The notes beneath the pieces were generated by a model. The model did not search any database. It had not been told where the DNA came from and was given only the letters and a program-made list of their open reading frames with translations. A DNA stretch of 64,000 nt from Hypanus sabinus (taxonomy: Eukaryota): NCBI RefSeq assembly GCF_030144855.1, contig NC_082714.1:94612001-94676000 (forward strand), given 5' to 3'. The position numbers were made by a program, and so were the translations under genes. Of this stretch, positions 38,106 to 49,410 are shown piece by piece (positions within the stretch are counted from its first letter, which is position 1; each line of letters opens with the position of its first letter).

Positions 38106-40604
38106 AGTTGACAGGCCTTCTTTTTATTGCTACCATCGAGGAGGAGATTCAGCAGTCTGAATATCACACAACATTTCAGGAACAGATTGTTCCTTCTGTT
38201 TTCAGATTTCTGAATGAACAACAAATCCATCAAATACCTCAATATTTTTGCACGACTTATTTAATGTAATTCTTAGATCTACTTCTTATTGTAATATATA
38301 GTTTTTATTATATATATATTCCAATTTACATCTGCAGCAACTCAAAATATGGTAATGATATTAAACCTGCTTCTGATTCTGAGTTTAAAGACTCGGCCTA
38401 TTCAGACTGTTAGCACGTTGCTTGAAATGACAAAGAAAACTCTAAGGTGCGGAGGTGGAGGGGAGCCCGCAACGAACAGCAGGGAAGGGAGAGAATGGGC
38501 GAAGGGACGGAAGATGTATGAAACTACCATTATTAATAGCTTCAAGGTATTGGTATTCAATAGAAATGCGTTGGTGGTCACTTCCTCTGCTTACGAAGGC
38601 ACAGAGTCAAAAGATTACACATTGAAAGCATATTCAGCTAGAAAGACAAGAAACCCAGTTCGATTACAGTCAGTCGACACAGTGCTTTAGATATTTGCCA
38701 GAATTATGTTAAGTTTGGGATAATTTACTTCATGTTCAAGTTCACTTACTGTCATTCAACCTTACAGAAGTATGTAGCCAAAACTGAACTCCATCCTCCG
38801 GGTCAAAATGCGTCACGATGCAGTAAATACAACTCACACTATTCATAAATAATATTAACACAAATAAAATAACTTCGAGAAGATTGCTATTTTGTCAATC
38901 TACGCTTCATTATCAATTCCCAAAACGTTTCAGGAAGTTGCTCACTTCAGCTGAGGCTCGGTGTCGTGTTACTGATGGGTATCCGGTCTGAAACAGAAAA
39001 TTGAGGTATCGGGGAAATCGTAGCAGCTGAGCAGGTTTCTCCCAGTAGAATTAAGTTACGTGATGGGCGTAGGGACACCGTTCGGACTGATCCGTTTGTC
39101 CCTTGATTCCCTTAATAGCCGCAGTTAATAAGAAAATCGTTCTGCATCAGATTTTAAAGAAACAATAATTAAAACATCCTTTGCTATTTGCTCCAGAGAA
39201 ATGTACATTTCCTCTTGTTACTGACACAAATAATTCCATAACCTCCCTCTTGAAATCTGGCTCTGTCTCCTCCTGTTCGAGTTCCCCTAACTATAGGTAT
39301 CAGGGACTTACTATTGCACCACTAATACCTTGTAAATTAATTAAATAATTCGTTACTCTTCGAACTGCTGCGCTATTTTTTAAATGTTCAAGGACACCGG
39401 AAGGTGGTACAGAAAGTTCAAATCCAGTTTAAATCCAGACTAAAGGCACATTCTCAGAATTAAGGGACGTCGACTTAGAATAGAGATAGAAGAAATGTCT
39501 TTATCCAGAGGTTAGTGAATCTGTGGAATTAATGGACCCGGAAGTCGTGGAGGCTACGTTTTGAGTATATTCAAAGTGGAGTTTGACAGACACCTGTTGG
39601 GAAGTAAGTCAAAGGTTATGGGAATGACAAAGGTTACAATGGCGTTGAGAGGGATAGTAAAGCGGCAACTAGTCGAATGGCTTAATCTGATCCACGTCAT
39701 GTAGTCTATTGGTTTATACTACACAACGACACTGTATTCCATCTAACGCAAAGACGTCTCGGCCAATTGCGGGAGCAGAACTCCTCCAAATGCTCCGGGA
39801 GTTGCCTAAATAGTGATCTCTACAGCTTAAGATTCAAGAGTCAACACTGTTTATTGCGAATTTCTGGAACACTACTACTTAAATAGTATAAAATGTTTGT
39901 TACTCCGGATTCAACGCAGCATAAAAACACAATAGAGGATAAAGAAGAGAAAACAAGCAAAAAGAACAATAAACACAAAGTCAATCCTATCAACCACAAT
40001 GTACAATAAATTATTCAGCTGCAGCCTAAATTGGAACCTCCAGGTGGAATCAACCTGAAACTGATCATTAACTAATGCAATACAGTTTTCTTTTAATCAT
40101 ATTGCAATATATTTAATGTTAACAAAGGGAAAAACCAAAATGGTAACAATGAGCAACACACACAAGAAGTACAGACGACGTCTCGGTCGAAACGTCGTCT
40201 GTACTTTTTTTTTCCATATGGATTATGCCTGGCCTATTGAGTTCCTCCAGGATTGCATGCATTTTGCTTGGATTTCCATCATCTGCAGATTCTCTTTTGT
40301 TTGTGATAACGCTGAGGGAGGCTTTGTGATGAGATTTACACAACCTATGCAAGCAGCCCATTTTCTTCACTTCAAGCTTAGAATATGCCATAATCGCGAC
40401 ATCAATGTTAGTCCAACAAATTATTCACATAATAAATGAGCCCGTGCAAATATTGTCAATCCGTAGCGTCAGGTCATGATTCTTTCAAAGGATTTTACTG
40501 TGTTCCAAGGTTCGGTCTGTTTCGATCCAACGAACTAGAAACCAGCCGAATTCTGATCTGCAGGCAGAGAAGGATACAACTGCCTCATGAGAGGCGTGAA
40601 GAAT

Positions 40605-41150
40605 CAGCGCTTGGGGCGACAGTATACAGTATAACAAACACTGGCAATTAAAGCTATCACAACATGATCTGCAATTGTTCAACGGCATCTCGACTGCGCT
40701 GACCTTTCACTTCGAGACACCCGTTTCATAATTTCCTGTTGACTCCCTTCATACCAATTATACTTGGAACCAATATCAAGTTTGTGCATCTACAGCGTCC
40801 ATACCTGAGCCGCACTGCCGTGTTCCTGACTCGTTGCCGATTCACGGCTGTATCCCTGTGTGTTGAAAGAACATGAAATGCAACAATTATCTGCGCAATT
40901 TATAATTGGCTACAGAAATCTCTTAGACGTCCCAAAATGACTATAATCTGCAGTATACCAGCAGTCGGTCTATGCTGATAGTTGCTAATTACTTCATATT
41001 CACCACTGCCCGTCACTGCGTCATGGCTTTCTATATAATTTCCCAATATGACAATACCCCCCAACATGAGAATAGTTCCCAAATTCACAAGCTACCTGAT
41101 GCTGAAATCATATACACCAATTAAAGCAAAACAGGGTTAGATGGGGCATG
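40605..41150 (-). pseudogene. Degenerate C1 + 51-nt mini-exon + TM-like exon (paralogue 4)
   Basis: VACEFGNY..LSYW..GEYEVIS..VYC. A clean mini-exon lies at 40855-40805 (acacag|..CAG|GTATGG). The hydrophobic segment VVIALIASVCYTVYCRPKR* follows. Confidence 0.4.
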
Positions 41151-42165
41151 AATTCTTCAATGCATCTACGAGGAGATATTGAAAGATTTTGTGGCGAGTC
41201 CAACTGGCCCTAGGTTTGGGAACGTAAAAAATGATTTTAAGATAGTCATGACTAAGGATAAAAGTGTTGAGTATAAGAGTATGGATATCATGCTCCATCG
41301 ATATAAAAGTCTGGTCAGACCGCACGTGGAGTATTGAGTGCATTTTCCGTTGTCCCATTGTAGAAAACCTGTGGAGAGTGCGCAGAAGTGTTACACAAGG
41401 ATGCTGGCATGGTCAGTGATATGAATTATAAGTAAACGTTAAACATACTTGACTTGTTGTTTAAGACAAATATTATGAAAAATGCATTACGAAAGACCAA
41501 CAAATTCAAGATGATAAATGCAGAAAATGTCAATACAATCCAGAATAAATTCAACGCATCACAGGATCCTCCAGCAGTTAACTCATTCGGGTTTCTTACA
41601 ATGAAATGGCAAACAGTATTCACCAAAAGCTTGCTCTAAAAGTACAAATCCATGAAAGATACTACAGTTTACAGGCCTTATCCAGTTTTAGAGCCAATGT
41701 CCTGCCCATTGTATTCTGACAGATGCTTTATTACTGATAGGACAATCCATAATACCTGCCTGGATAAAACATCAGGAAAAACAAGCAACAAAAACAACTT
41801 ACTTAATACATACAATCTTTCGAACAACATAACGTACAAAATTCAGTAAGTGAGAAAAATATATGCTAAATATATGCTAAATTTAAAGAAGAAATTAAAA
41901 GTCTGAAAGTCTTGAAAAGCGAATACACTGCTTTGATAGTAATATCTACAACTAGTATTAATTCAACGTCACTACACAATGACATTAAAGATTAACAATA
42001 ATTTTACGTAGGCTCTCTGAATGCCAAAATACTGAACACCACATTGAGAAATAGACGTGCTTGAACAGTGTACTCCACGCTAGCATATGCAATACTGATA
42101 AGTAATACAAACCAATGAAAGCAGAACCCAGAAAGATAAAGAAATTATCATCACAGAAGAAGAGG

Positions 42166-42591
42166 TTAATTCTTAAATACCGTTTGGGTCTAAATGGATC
42201 CTTTTGGAAATTTGACCGCAGAAAAGCACCCTAAATATCATTTTTTTTAGCCGAAATTTGATGACTCTTCCGAGATTGACCCAAAATCCGCCAAGATGAA
42301 AATATTTCAAAATGTTATACTTTTGTACAGGTGCTACAAATTTGTGTACATTGAGGCTGTTTCGGGTCAAATTTGACCAGTATCTATTGAAATGGATTTT
42401 AGATCTCTGAACGTTAATTAAGGTGTAATCACCCATTTATTAATGTCAGATGGGTTATTTATACATTCTAAATAGATCTGTGGTTCAAAATTTGATATAT
42501 ACACTTGTTATGCAGGGTTCTTGGGCGGGGTCAAAGTTGACCAAGACCATATTGTGAAAGTATAGAATATGAACAAGTTGCCTTGGGTTAA
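42166..42591. mobile_element. Possible non-autonomous TTAA (piggyBac-like) DNA transposon remnant
   Basis: TTAA at both ends and repeated palindromic GGTCAAA(T/G)TTGACC motifs. Confidence 0.35.
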
Positions 42592-43625
42592 CTAACTGAA
42601 GAGCAGGAACCTCAATGGAAGCCTTCTCACGAGCGGAGCAGACTAGACGTCGACAAAGAATCGTAGAATGCCCAGTTCGGAGTTGAAAATCGCTTCCCAG
42701 AAACAGAGTTCTTTGTGGCATAAATGCAGAATATGCCAAGAGAAACCAGGGACATTCCAACTCTTTCCATGTTTCTGCAGCAGCTTAACTCAGTTTTACT
42801 ACCTAACCAGGCGCAATCAATTTGCAAACATTATTCACCAACATCCTGCTCTAGAAACAAAACTAATAAAAGAGACTATATCTTACTATAAATGCAAGCC
42901 TGATTCAGTTTTAGAGTCTATAATATGACCAAAAATTGAAAATCTGGAGATGCAGGAAATCTGAGTAATACACGCAAAATGCTGATGCAGCATCTCGACT
43001 GTTTATTCTTTTCCACAGATGGTCCTCGGCCTGTTAAGTTACTCCATCATTTTATGTGTATTACTGTATTATGTCTTATCCTTTATTACTGATAGGCCAA
43101 CACATAATAACCGACTGGATGCAACATTACAGGGCAAATAAGCAAGAAAGACGCACTTAATAGATATAGCCATTCTATATGGGATGTATGCTGAAGTAAA
43201 GGATGAAAATGGAAGTCTATGGAACACAACATTGATAATTAGGCCTGCTTGACTATGCCTGTGCCTCTAACTTTACTAGTTTGAGCAGAAAAAAATTGGT
43301 GATAAGATCTCAATAGTGAAGACTTCCCAATAGTAACATTTAAAACTCATTAATCACACAGTCACTGCACAATAGAATTAAACAATTAAACCTACATATA
43401 AATAGTTATATAAATCCCCAGAAAGCGACTTTAGAATGGTAAGAAAGTTCCTAGCAATTGAGAAATGTGTGTGCCTAACGACGTCTGTATCTCAGGTTTT
43501 GCCCGTTTGAGCCAGGAAAAACAATAGAGCAACAATAATATTGTAAGCAATATACACAGAGACACCACTAATAGCAGGAAACACGTTTGCCAGGACTTCA
43601 GAACCCATCCCTCAGGTACTTCAGT

Positions 43626-43685
43626 TTAATTCGCCACACTCCCAGCCACAGCTAATTTCTGCGTCCTCTCTTCGAAACCCATTGC
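43626..43685 (-). CDS. Short cytoplasmic/terminal exon AMGFEERTQKLAVAGSVAN*
   Basis: Acceptor tttcttcattgcag| after an 87-nt intron. Phase 0 matches the TM exon and the frame ends at TAA 43628-43626. Confidence 0.6.
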   Translation of the reverse strand, partial: AMGFEERTQKLAVAGSVAN

Positions 43686-46156
43686 CTGCAATGAAGAAAC
43701 GGAGTCTCGAAAAAGGGACGGCCGAAACTGTTAATTGTTATACGGATATGCCAGGGAAAAGCGAACCCTCACCTGATCTACACTCTTTAGGTTAGAGATC
43801 CAAGCAAAAATGAAGATAACCAGGAAGACAAGGAGCCCAAGCAGGATCGCTCTTGGAAGACACCAGCCTAGAGAAAGAGAATTGTTGCTTGGTGAAATCA
43901 TAGCTTCCAAGAACATTCCATTCTGGCTCTCATTTGGTTTTAGTGTGAATGATTCGAAACACCAATTATAAATAGCAAGAGAGAAAGAAAGAAATAAACC
44001 GAAATCCTCAAAGGTGGTGCTGAATTCAAACTGTGCAGACAATTAATATACAGACCAGCGGTGTTATAACGGCTAAGAATACCATCAATAGACGTTGTTT
44101 TAATCACTTATATAGAATTGTTGAACGTTTTCATTTCTGTTGCATGGTAAGCCCTGACCAGCACACAATAGTAAATTAGTATTACATGTAAATGTATATG
44201 ACGATTACATTTATCCCTTGATCCTTCTGCCATAATGGACGACTAGAGCCCCATAACAATGCCAAATAAAGACCAACTCTTCGAATGGAACAGCGCACAA
44301 AGCCGTACAGCCCTTCATGCCATTTTCCCGCTTTCCTCGCAATCATCCTTCCCCCTGCCAATGATTTCCTGTTTCACCATCACATCTTGGAAACAAAAAA
44401 CCTTTCTCTCATCATTGCTTTGTCTATTTCCTGAAAGCCGCTCCAATCAGCACAGTGACAACATCACAGACTTCATAGAGTTAAGAAGGGGGTTCACTTC
44501 CAGTTGCTCAAAGGGCTATTAGGGTTTGGCAGGCAATGGCGGTTTTGCTGGAGATAAATCGATCCTTAGAAATGAATAAGCACAAATTAATACTTGTTGT
44601 GACGTTCGTGACTAGCCAGTTATTCCAACAGACATACCACCATAAATTATAGCAGCAGAAGCAGGCCATTCGGCCCATTAAGTCCCCTCAGCTAATCCAC
44701 CACAGATGAGTACCATTGTTTTATGCGCAATACGTCGCCTCACCTTGATATGATTGTCTGATGGCGTGATGGGACACGCTTTTGGTCCTCGTCTTTCCCA
44801 TGCCCCCGAGTTGTGCGATGCAGGTACAGACTCCTCCGCTCCTCCAGGTTTCCACTGGGACCAGCACCTGACTTCTAACACTGTAGCTCCGGTCAGAATC
44901 AAGCATACCGTTATCGCTCAATCCATCCATGATTTGTCCAGATATGTTCCAGTAAATGTTAATCTGAGTGGAAGAAAGGCCGCCGACCAGACACACCAGG
45001 GGAACCGACCCGTTCCTTTCAGACGGCGGGACAAATACCAACATGTTAGTCCGGTTGGTGGAGCTGTCTGGACAGAAGTGGGACATCGTTAACCGCAGCT
45101 TCACCAGGAATACGTAACTGAGTATAATACCATTGTCAAGTTCTCTTACCTCCAACTAGAAGTGTGGGTCCTTTCGCAAGCAGCGAATAGCTATCCCTTT
45201 CAGCACAGTAGTAGGTTACCCGAATCCTCCACACGGACCTCCCGGATTTCCAACACTGATGTGCGATCGCCGGAGCCTTTTTTGTAAGCCATCCTGCAAC
45301 CGGTCTTTTGGCAGTCCGTGGCTTTGATCGCTACCGGGGGTTCGGCCGCATGCTGTTTGTACCAGAGGATACTGCTCACGACCTCCAATCGGTGCGTGTG
45401 TTCACAGGATAGTTCAACCTTCTGACCGACATGTGCAGACACTGCAGCCGGACTCGAAGAAAAAGGCTTGGATTCTGCAACTGGAATTACAATCAGTTAG
45501 TTAAAACTATCTGCTACGGAATAGAAGGAAGTACAAATTGAACACATTGCCTGCAGTTTAAACATACGCTGCCATTTTCGGTTGTATTTATTGGCTAAGA
45601 TGTCTCAAGAACATTAAGGGAAGACCAGAAGGCAAATACACGTTGACCTGGCCAAATTCACAAAACTTACACTTTATTCATTGACAGGGTAGGTAGAAGG
45701 CAAAATTAGTCTGTCTCTCTATCCACAGTTGACTTTAATTGAGCGGTTTGATTAACATTTCAGACAAGGCTCACCAAGCTTTCTACTCTGGATCGAGTGT
45801 TACGTACTCATAGAGAAGATCAGTGCCCCAGATATCTTTCACCAAAAGAAGATGAACAAGGAGTAACGAGAAAATTATTTAGAATTAAATCAGCATTAAT
45901 GAAGTTCTAGCTTTATCATCGAGATTTATTTGATTCGCTGAATTTTACTTCCCCACTTGCAAGAGTCTTGTGGGTAACTGCCCGAGGATTGCCTTGTTTT
46001 TTCTAACAGAATAATGTTCCCACTGGGATGCAAAGCTTTCTAGGACGCATTTCTCACAAAATGTCGGGCCGATCGTGTCTGGAAATTTCCAACGTTCACT
46101 CACTCACCACAAACACGAAATATCTGAACAGTAACGAATAAAGCTTCTATCAACAT
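43626..46156 (-). CDS. Five-exon non-rearranging V(J)-C1-TM Ig-superfamily receptor gene (~285 aa if one 1-nt insertion in the V exon is removed; otherwise a very recent pseudogene)
   Basis: Manual splicing gives L 46156-46108, V 45480-45150, C1 45067-44744, TM 43867-43773 and cytoplasmic 43685-43626. All introns are GT..AG with compatible phases (1,1,1,0). The only lesion is the 331-nt length of the V exon. Confidence 0.85.
43773..43867 (-). CDS. Transmembrane exon GWCLPRAILLGLLVFLVIFIFAWISNLKSVDQ
   Basis: Strong acceptor tctctttctctag|, donor CAG|GTGAGG, and a hydrophobic run of about 20 aa in the frame set by the C1 exon. Confidence 0.8.
44744..45067 (-). CDS. Ig C1-set domain exon
   Basis: 324-nt open exon: LVFVPPS..VPLVCLVGGLSSTQINIYW (Cys+14 Trp)..YSVRSQVLVPVETWRSGGVCTC. 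Acceptor ctgtccag|, donor G|GTGAG, 82-nt intron from the V exon. Confidence 0.9.
45150..45480 (-). CDS. Germline-joined V+J-like exon with +1 frameshift
   Basis: Acceptor ttccag|. Reads VSAHVGQKVELSC..ILWYKQ..SVLEIREVRVEDSG, then after one extra base at ~45216-45217 continues TYYCAERDSYSLLAKGPTLLVG|gtaag. Confidence 0.9.
46108..46156 (-). CDS. Leader (signal peptide) exon, MLIEALFVTVQIFRVC
   Basis: 49-nt exon from ATG to a G|GTGAGT donor. It is hydrophobic and phase 1, typical of Ig/TCR-type leaders. Confidence 0.75.
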
Positions 46157-46159
46157 CTT

Positions 46160-46335
46160 GACTCGGACGGCCTGCACTGCGCTCAACTCCCAGGGGTTGG
46201 TGATCAGCTGCTGTTCCGTGCAAATTCTCAGCTGCCGTGGATTCTGCTCGGTGCCGAGATTCCGGGGCGTGGCCGCTGCCTTAATCTCGCGCCTCGTCCG
46301 GGTTACACCTAGTTGCGGAGTCTGTGCGTCACATG
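46160..46335 (-). promoter_or_regulatory. Candidate CpG-rich promoter of the VJ-C1 gene
   Basis: Locally CpG-rich. Contains two CAGCTG E-boxes (46205, 46229), an octamer-like ATTTGCAC (46225-46218), a GC/KLF box GGCCACGCCCC (~46264-46274) and a CRE-like TGACGCA (46331-46325). Confidence 0.4.
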
Positions 46336-46559
46336 GTCAAATAGCTCTGGAACATTGTTCAGAAAGACTTCCAAGCAGAGTATGGAAGCAGCATGGTTTC
46401 CAGGACACAAAGAGGTATATCGCTAGCAAAACTTGCTTTAACGTCCTATTGCTTAAATCCAGCAGAAGTTGGCGGTAAGCACAGCGTCTGTTTTCCACAG
46501 ACTCTCTTGTAAATTTATTCCGTGCTCTACGGAAAGAAAGGATTTAGAACAACAGTCAT

Positions 46560-47584
46560 TGAATAAAGATAGATATACTGCCAGGGTAATTCACGACTTG
46601 AGAAGGAGCCTGTAGCAATGTATTTACATCCCTGCGCACTTGAAGTACTTCAATCATTAATACCGAGTTCGCTTTGTCGGTACTGCTCCTATAGTGGCCA
46701 GCGAAGTGCATTCCATCGAAATCATGACCTGCACTAAGGTAAAATTAGATGTGCTGTAAACAATGTGTTACCCGCTCCTGGCTTTCCAGCATCTGATCTG
46801 CTCTTGCAGTCACTGTATTTATAAAACAAATGACGTTTATAATAAATAGTGATTTCCATAGTGTTGCTCCAATGCTGAATCTTTATAAGACATCGGTCAG
46901 ACACAACTTGACCTATTGTGCGCAGCTTTGGGCCCCATAACTAAGAAATAATGCGCTGTCATTGGAGATGGTCCAGGGAAGATTCACCAGAACGATCTTG
47001 AGAATGAAGGGGTTAATGTACGACGGGGATTTGATCGCTCTGGACGTGCACTCGAAGAAATATCGAAGAATAATGTGTGCGTGCGAGGAGGGGGGTGTAG
47101 TCGGTTATATGATTGAAATATATTAAATATTGAAAGGCCGAAATAGAACGGAGGTGGAGATTCTGTTTTCGGTTTTGGGAGGGTATAAGTCCAGAGGGCA
47201 TAGCCTCAGAACAGAGGGAGTCCCCTTTAGAATATTGACAAAGAGGAATTTATTTAGTCAGTAGGATGGTGAATCAGTACGATTCATTGCCACAGACGGC
47301 TGTGGAGCTCAAGGCATTGGGTATACATAAAGTGAACGTCGATAGATTCTTGATTAGTATGAGCTTCAAAGGTTTTGTTGAAAAGGCAGGAAAATAGGAT
47401 TGAGAAGGAAATAAATCCGACATGATGGATCGGTAGAGCAAACTTAATGAGCTGTGTAGCCTAATTGTGCTACTGTGCCTTGTGGTTTATCGACTATACG
47501 GCATTCGTTAGAGTGACTTGAAATTATCAACGCTGGTTCTATTGGAGACAGTCAGAAATACGAGATTATATTCTTCCGGTTCTC

Positions 47585-47664
<80 letters not shown>

Positions 47665-48159
47665 GGTTAGAGTGTTGCTTACATTAGGATGCCTGAGTAA
47701 ATAGGACGCAAAAGAGGGCAATGCCTTTGAGGTTTATTTCCACAGCATGTTCGTTGTGGGTTGCAATGGTCTACCATTCAACATAAAGTCTAAAGAGCTG
47801 ACCTTTCAGCCACAGCGTCCAAACTATGAAAACAGGAAATCCCCACAGAGCCTTTATTTTGGTCATGTTTTGCATCGCAGGCATTAACTGTTGCAACATT
47901 TTCCCCCAGTATTTGAAGCGTAGAAAGTGAAGTAGATGTTTGGGTCAGTCGGTCAGTCGGTCTCCGAGTATCATGGTTGCAGTTTAATGGCAATCTCTGA
48001 TCACAACAAACCTTGCTCTCTTTGTATTAGGGGCAGATTCGTTTCCTTGTTACTGAACATAAAATCTCTTTCCAGAATCGAATTGGCTTTGGCACCACAT
48101 GGCCCTTTCGCGCCATTACCAGCAGTTGTACTATGAACTGAAAATTAAATATTTTTCAT
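46560..48159 (-). pseudogene. Leader plus V pseudogene split by repeats (paralogue 6)
   Basis: Leader-like exon 48159-48120 (MKNI*FSVHSTTA G|GTAAT). First V half at ~47990-47770: DRLTQTSTSLS..GENVATVNAC..IS(C/W)F. Putative second half at ~46740-46560: STDKANSVLMIEVLQV..AGM*..C. Confidence 0.5.
47587..47663 (+). repeat. (TATC)n microsatellite
   Basis: Direct reading. Confidence 0.95.
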
Positions 48160-48339
48160 TCTTCGTCCCATATCTTAAAGCCCTTAGCCCTGATGAAGGG
48201 CCTGGGCCCGAAGTGTTCAATATTCATTCCACTCCAAAGAATCTTCCGAGGAATTTTCCCTTAAGTTCCGAGCTCTTTCGGTATTTTCCGCGGTACGCAA
48301 GATGTCTCTGATAAGGGCTTCTGTGAAACTTCTACAGTG

Positions 48340-49410
48340 CGGAAGATTAATTCGGCCCCCTTTCTCCCCCTTACGATTGTTATTGATTTTTCTAAACCCA
48401 CTAACCCTCCTGCGTCATAGGTCGCTGATAGCTGACTGGCCCTGGCCCAATCTTTCAAATTGTTCAAAGATCTTCGAAGATCTTTGCTCTCCCAGGAATG
48501 TGGTCTTCGGAACTTGTGCTGTCATTTCTGTAGCGATGGGGTTTTACAGGATAGGGTTGCTAGCCCCATACCCAAGCCTCCTCCGTTGCAACCGGGCGTG
48601 GCACCGTCCATGTAAAATTTCTTCTGGAGCTTCAGCTCTGCAGTAACTCGCTTTCATCTCTCTCCCTCTCACCTGACGTCATCTATTTCTGTTTCTTTCC
48701 CACTCGTATGACCACCTATTTTAGTATTAAATCCGCTCCTACTGTATACTATCTGGAAGGAATCCCGCATTCTTCCCAGTGTCAGAGTCTTAATTTATTC
48801 GCCGCTTCCGCGTCTGATTTATTGGGGTTTAGCCTAATGAAATATACCACTATTCCAGATTGTTTTTAGTCAGGCAACAGTATTATCCCTATCAAAAATA
48901 CATGAGATTCAGTAAATGTTGGAAATCCGGAGCAACATACACGATGTTGGAGGAAATCGTCAAGTCAGGCAGCGTCTACGGAGACATCCTGATGCATTGA
49001 CTGTTCATTCTACTTCCAGCAGTATGTTTGTGTTGCTCACGGGTTCCTCTTTGGCGTTTATTTTATTGTTATTCTGTGTACTCTCTGAGTTCTTGAACGG
49101 CCCGAGTAAAACTGTTATTGTCGTACCTTTTCGCAAGTTTGTAATGTTGTGCATATCCGAACAAGAGGGCTTCCTACAAATGCATATAACTCTCCTGATC
49201 TTTAGCGAAACGTTTTCTTTTTGTGAATACTTGGAGGACTGGTGTAAGTCAGCTTAATGGGGAAAGCATTCAGATGGAAACATTGTCAGCAGTTCGTTCT
49301 TTTGCTCCATAGAATTTGATAATTACATCGCGGACTAACTCTCTCCGACTGCAACTCACCACGTCTACAATTCATTTGACGTTACTCTTGGCACGCTGTC
49401 TTTCATACAA
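48340..49410 (-). pseudogene. L-V-C1 pseudogene (paralogue 7) with Penelope insertion in V
   Basis: G|GTGAGT donor at 49360 and acceptor at 49252 giving ADLHQS..ENVSL. J-like end SGKETEIDDV|gtgag at 48673. C-like LATLSC..KDW..LEKSIT. Confidence 0.4.

Noticed and set aside
41426-41626. Hydrophobic ORF resembling a connecting peptide plus TM (SCDALNLFWIVL...)
   Set aside because: There is no phase-compatible acceptor or linked Ig exon, and AT-rich DNA readily yields such peptides. It remains possible but unsupported.
45204-45210. CACAGTA heptamer-like sequence at the V 3' end (possible RSS)
   Set aside because: It is the reverse complement of the TAC TGT G codons of YYC. No nonamer lies at 12 or 23 spacing. 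Other CACAGTG matches I noticed are not adjacent to V or J ends (visual scan only).
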